Below are positions 61,224 through 64,000 of a stretch of 64,000 nucleotides of DNA, piece after piece. The notes beneath the pieces were generated by a model. That model was not told the DNA's origin. It searched no databases and worked only from the letters and a program-made list of their open reading frames with translations. Positions within the stretch are counted from its first letter, which is position 1; every line of letters begins with the position of its first letter. A program made the translations under genes and the position numbers. This stretch comes from Enterobacter phage EC-F2. The stretch lies in the sequence record MN508624.2; one strand, given 5' to 3'.

Positions 61224-61691
61224 TTATTGCCCTTTCCATCCGAACACACGTTTCAATGTGTCCTCTGTGATGATCTTGAACTCCCAGCCCTTTTGTTTTG
61301 CTGCTGCATTCGCGGCTTTCCATTTGTCGATGTTTACCGCATAAGTATACAGCGCATCAACAAATTTCTTTTTGTTGTGAACGTTGTTGTTCGCTGGCTT
61401 AGGTGGGGGCAACGTTTCTTTCATCGGTTTGACTTCCCAAAGGTAGGTCACACCGTTATCCATTTCAACATAGAAATCCATGAAATAGCGCCGTCGCTTT
61501 CCGTCTGCGTTGCTGAAATAAGGGATCACAACCTCTTCACTGTTCCAGCGTTTCACATGCGGGTTTCTATCAAGCCAGTTCATAATATATTTTTCCCAGC
61601 TTGAACGATACGTTATCTTTCGCGGATCTCCCTTATATTTCTGTATGTTCTGGGGCATAAAAGACCCCTTGTATGTCTGTCTTCCAGCCAT
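61224..61691 (-). CDS. 4: head completion protein gp4
   Basis: RSSWE...EEVVIPY...FKIITEDTLKRVFG pattern matches T4 gp4. Confidence 0.7.
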   Translation of the reverse strand: MAGRQTYKGSFMPQNIQKYKGDPRKITYRSSWEKYIMNWLDRNPHVKRWNSEEVVIPYFSNADGKRRRYFMDFYVEMDNGVTYLWEVKPMKETLPPPKPANNNVHNKKKFVDALYTYAVNIDKWKAANAAAKQKGWEFKIITEDTLKRVFGWKGQ

Positions 61692-61734
61692 TTTAGATCC
61701 TAAATATAGTAAACATTAGATAGGGGAAATTACA

Positions 61735-62289
61735 ATGTTATTTTCGTTCTTTCCACCAGTTGATTACAAAGGCACACCAACTACTGATATCTACCGCGAT
61801 TATCGTTTTTACTTTAACCGTGTGATCAGGAATTATAAGCCGCGTACATATCAACTGACAGGTTCATTAAGACCCGAACAATTAGCGGAAACGCTATACG
61901 GAAACCAGCAATACTACTGGGTTATCCTGATGCTTAACGATAATTATGATCCGTTTTACGGATGGATTACCGATCAGGAAACGGCTTATCAATGCGCTAT
62001 CCAGCGTTATTCAAAAGCAGGTGGTGAACAGGTTCTTTATCATATGGATGGTAAGGGCAACCGTTATTACAATTTGGTTGAAGACCCTACGAATTCCGGT
62101 CATTGGTATGACAAAGGCGATAAGAACATGCGTTATTTGCAGTACCAGGGAACATTAGTCCCTGTAGATATTTATGAAGATGCGGTGCTTCAAAATGAAG
62201 CAAAACGAACCATCAAGATTATTAACCCCTCTGATATTCAATCGTTTGTAAGTGATTATATCAAGGAAATGGAAAAGGCAAACCTATGA
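61735..62289 (+). CDS. 53: baseplate wedge subunit gp53
   Basis: Aligns along the full length with T4 gp53 (MLFSFFPPVDY, RTYQLTGSLRPEQLAETLYGNQQYYWVILMLNDNYDPFYGWITDQETAYQ). Confidence 0.9.
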   Translation: MLFSFFPPVDYKGTPTTDIYRDYRFYFNRVIRNYKPRTYQLTGSLRPEQLAETLYGNQQYYWVILMLNDNYDPFYGWITDQETAYQCAIQRYSKAGGEQVLYHMDGKGNRYYNLVEDPTNSGHWYDKGDKNMRYLQYQGTLVPVDIYEDAVLQNEAKRTIKIINPSDIQSFVSDYIKEMEKANL

Positions 62290-64000
62290 AATACGGTGGA
62301 AATAAATACTCCCCTTTCTTTGAGGGGGTGGTCGAAGAAGTCGATGATCCTCGTCTATTGGGGCGTGTTCAGGTGCGTGTATTCGGTGAGCATCCGGCAC
62401 AGAAACAAAAATCTGAAACTATCGGTATTCCGGTTGAGGAATTGCCGTGGATGATGCCTATTCAGGATATTCGCAGCGCCGCTATTTCTGGTGTTGGTTT
62501 TTCCCCGACTGGTATCACGCGCGGTAGTTTTGTTATCGGTTACTGGCGCGATAAATGGCACCAGGACGGCGTTATACTGGGAACCTTTGCGGGTGAGTAC
62601 CGAGAGAAGCCGGACACCCAGAAAGGCTTCTGTGACCCGTTTGGCGAGTATCCTCGTTATGTAGGTAACGATGTCAACGTACTGGCTCGTGGTGGCGCAG
62701 AGGGGCGCGGTTCTTCGAGCGTGATTATTCGTGATGCTAACAGTTCGTTAGCTGTCAATCCAGATGATCGCCCACTTGACGAGATCCCAGAAGATAACCG
62801 TCCTGATACTGGCGGGTTCACTATCGAAACCATGCTTAAACAGGATGAAGGTATCCGCACAAAATGGTATATTGATAGTGAAGGTTATCCGACTATCGGG
62901 ATCGGGCATTTGCTTATCATGGAGAAAACCCGTGATACTGCGAAGATTAACGCCGCGATCAGTAAAGCAGTTGGTCGAGAAGTAACCAATGGAACGATCA
63001 CAGCAGAAGAAGTTTCAACGCTGTTTGCTCAGGATTTGGCAAAAGTCCGGCAGGGGATCAGCAACACTTCAAACGTTCGAGAAGTATACGTGACGTTAAA
63101 CCGTCCTCGTCAAATGGCAATCGAAAACATGTGCTTCCAGATGGGTGTTGGTGGTGTTGCCAAATTTACTAATGCTCTGGCTGCTATGAAGCGTCAGGAC
63201 TGGCAAACCGCTTACAACGAACTGCGAAACTCAACATGGGCTAACCAGACACCAGGACGTTCTTCACGCGTATCTAAAATCGTGCTGACGGGCAACCTCG
63301 AATCATACGGTGTTCAGGTTCCAGATCCAGAAGGGCGTTCATTGAGTGCTGCATACAATGCTGTTGTGTTGGCTGCATCAAACCCAGAAGATCCTTTTGT
63401 TCCTGGTGATACTCGCGTAATGTTCGAGGAACCTAAATCCGCATACGCTGCTGAATATCCATACAACATGGTATTCGAATCCCGTTCTGGACACATTCAG
63501 GAATTCGACGATACACCAGGCTTTGAACGTTACAACCGTGTTCACCCAGCAGGATCATACGAAGAAATTCGCCCTGATGGAACCCGTGTTGTTAAAATCG
63601 TTGGTGATGATTATCAAATCGTCATGCAAGGCCGTAAATTAAACGTTAAGGGTAATTTACAGGTTGTTATCGAGGGTGATGCGTTCATTTACAATATGGG
63701 TAACGTTCAACAGACCGTTGATGGTAACGTGACCGAGTTCGTTCGCGGTAATGTAAATCAAACCGTTGAAGGTGAATATTTTGGGCTGATTAAAGGCAAC
63801 GCAGAATTAACCGTTGAAAAAGATGCAACCGTAAACGTGAATCAGAATTTAATGGCTAACGTTAAACAGAATGCAACCGTTGCCGTAACAGAAGATGCAA
63901 CAATTACCGCAAAAAATGCTCTGATTGATATTGAGCAAGATTTGGATATTGGCGCACGTAATATCAACATGCGAGCATCGAATAATACTTTCATTGATTC
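62286..64000 (+). CDS. 5: baseplate hub + tail lysozyme gp5 (N-terminal approx. 571 aa; continues past window)
   Basis: N-terminal OB domain VVEEVDDPRLLGRVQVRVFGEHP. T4-lysozyme motif YIDSEGYPTIGIGHLL. VxGxxxx beta-helix repeats at the end. ATGA overlap with gp53. Confidence 0.9.
   Translation, partial: MKYGGNKYSPFFEGVVEEVDDPRLLGRVQVRVFGEHPAQKQKSETIGIPVEELPWMMPIQDIRSAAISGVGFSPTGITRGSFVIGYWRDKWHQDGVILGTFAGEYREKPDTQKGFCDPFGEYPRYVGNDVNVLARGGAEGRGSSSVIIRDANSSLAVNPDDRPLDEIPEDNRPDTGGFTIETMLKQDEGIRTKWYIDSEGYPTIGIGHLLIMEKTRDTAKINAAISKAVGREVTNGTITAEEVSTLFAQDLAKVRQGISNTSNVREVYVTLNRPRQMAIENMCFQMGVGGVAKFTNALAAMKRQDWQTAYNELRNSTWANQTPGRSSRVSKIVLTGNLESYGVQVPDPEGRSLSAAYNAVVLAASNPEDPFVPGDTRVMFEEPKSAYAAEYPYNMVFESRSGHIQEFDDTPGFERYNRVHPAGSYEEIRPDGTRVVKIVGDDYQIVMQGRKLNVKGNLQVVIEGDAFIYNMGNVQQTVDGNVTEFVRGNVNQTVEGEYFGLIKGNAELTVEKDATVNVNQNLMANVKQNATVAVTEDATITAKNALIDIEQDLDIGARNINMRASNNTFID

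Noticed and set aside
1-64000. CRISPR array, integrase/attachment site, rRNA
   Set aside because: No repeat-spacer periodicity, tyrosine or serine recombinase motifs, or rRNA-like stretches were seen. The only repeats are the terminator-promoter cassettes.

Overview
This window is a segment of a T4-like (Tevenvirinae-type) myovirus genome. A small set of rightward (+) genes sits on a backbone of many small leftward (-) early genes. It is most consistent with a pseudo-T-even enterobacterial phage that uses ordinary cytosine rather than hmC. Gene content and order are recognisable from T4 but rearranged.

From the left, on the + strand, the genes run: nrdA (3' end), nrdB, a DUF4326 ORF, denA (GIY-YIG endonuclease II), rnlA (RNA ligase 1, gene 63), i-/o-spanins, pnk (pseT), cd (dCMP deaminase), gp31, rIII and two tRNAs. 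These are followed by a GrcA-like glycyl-radical spare-part protein, a NADAR protein, DNA ligase (gp30) and several small ORFs. A baseplate-hub block follows: gp27 on the - strand, then gp28, 29, 48, 54, 51, 26 and 25 on the + strand.

About 38 kb of - strand early genes comes next. It contains two paralogous proteins that start MKIRSGFVSNSSSSSF and bracket a 748-aa vWA-domain gene. It also holds an orphan Dcm-like C5-methyltransferase, a pol-beta nucleotidyltransferase, a NatV-like NMNAT/Nudix enzyme, an SPFH/prohibitin protein and tk. Further along are a macrodomain protein, a signal-peptide lytic transglycosylase, two HNH-AP2 homing endonucleases, PIN-PhoH and an M15 peptidase. The block ends with an atypical radical-SAM enzyme, a stand-alone DUF262 protein, a Nudix hydrolase and an Acb1-like 2H phosphoesterase, followed by 57A, gene 1 (dNMP kinase) and gp3.

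The right end carries an internal protein with a T4-like capsid-targeting sequence, then gp2, gp4, gp53 and the start of gp5.

A family of at least 7 'terminator hairpin + sigma70-like -10 (TTATATT) + conserved leader' cassettes is scattered through the early regions. These resemble the PeSL-type mobile regulatory cassettes of pseudo-T-even phages.

The most notable content is a concentration of candidate anti-defence and nucleotide-salvage functions. These are the NADAR and macrodomain proteins (possible ADP-ribosyl-DNA reversal), NatV-like NAD+ reconstitution, an Acb1-like phosphodiesterase, the C5-MTase and Nudix enzymes. Alongside them are uncharacterised vWA, NTase, radical-SAM and DUF262 genes.

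No CRISPR array, rRNA or integrase was seen. All functional calls rest on by-eye motif and synteny recognition and should be confirmed by database searches.
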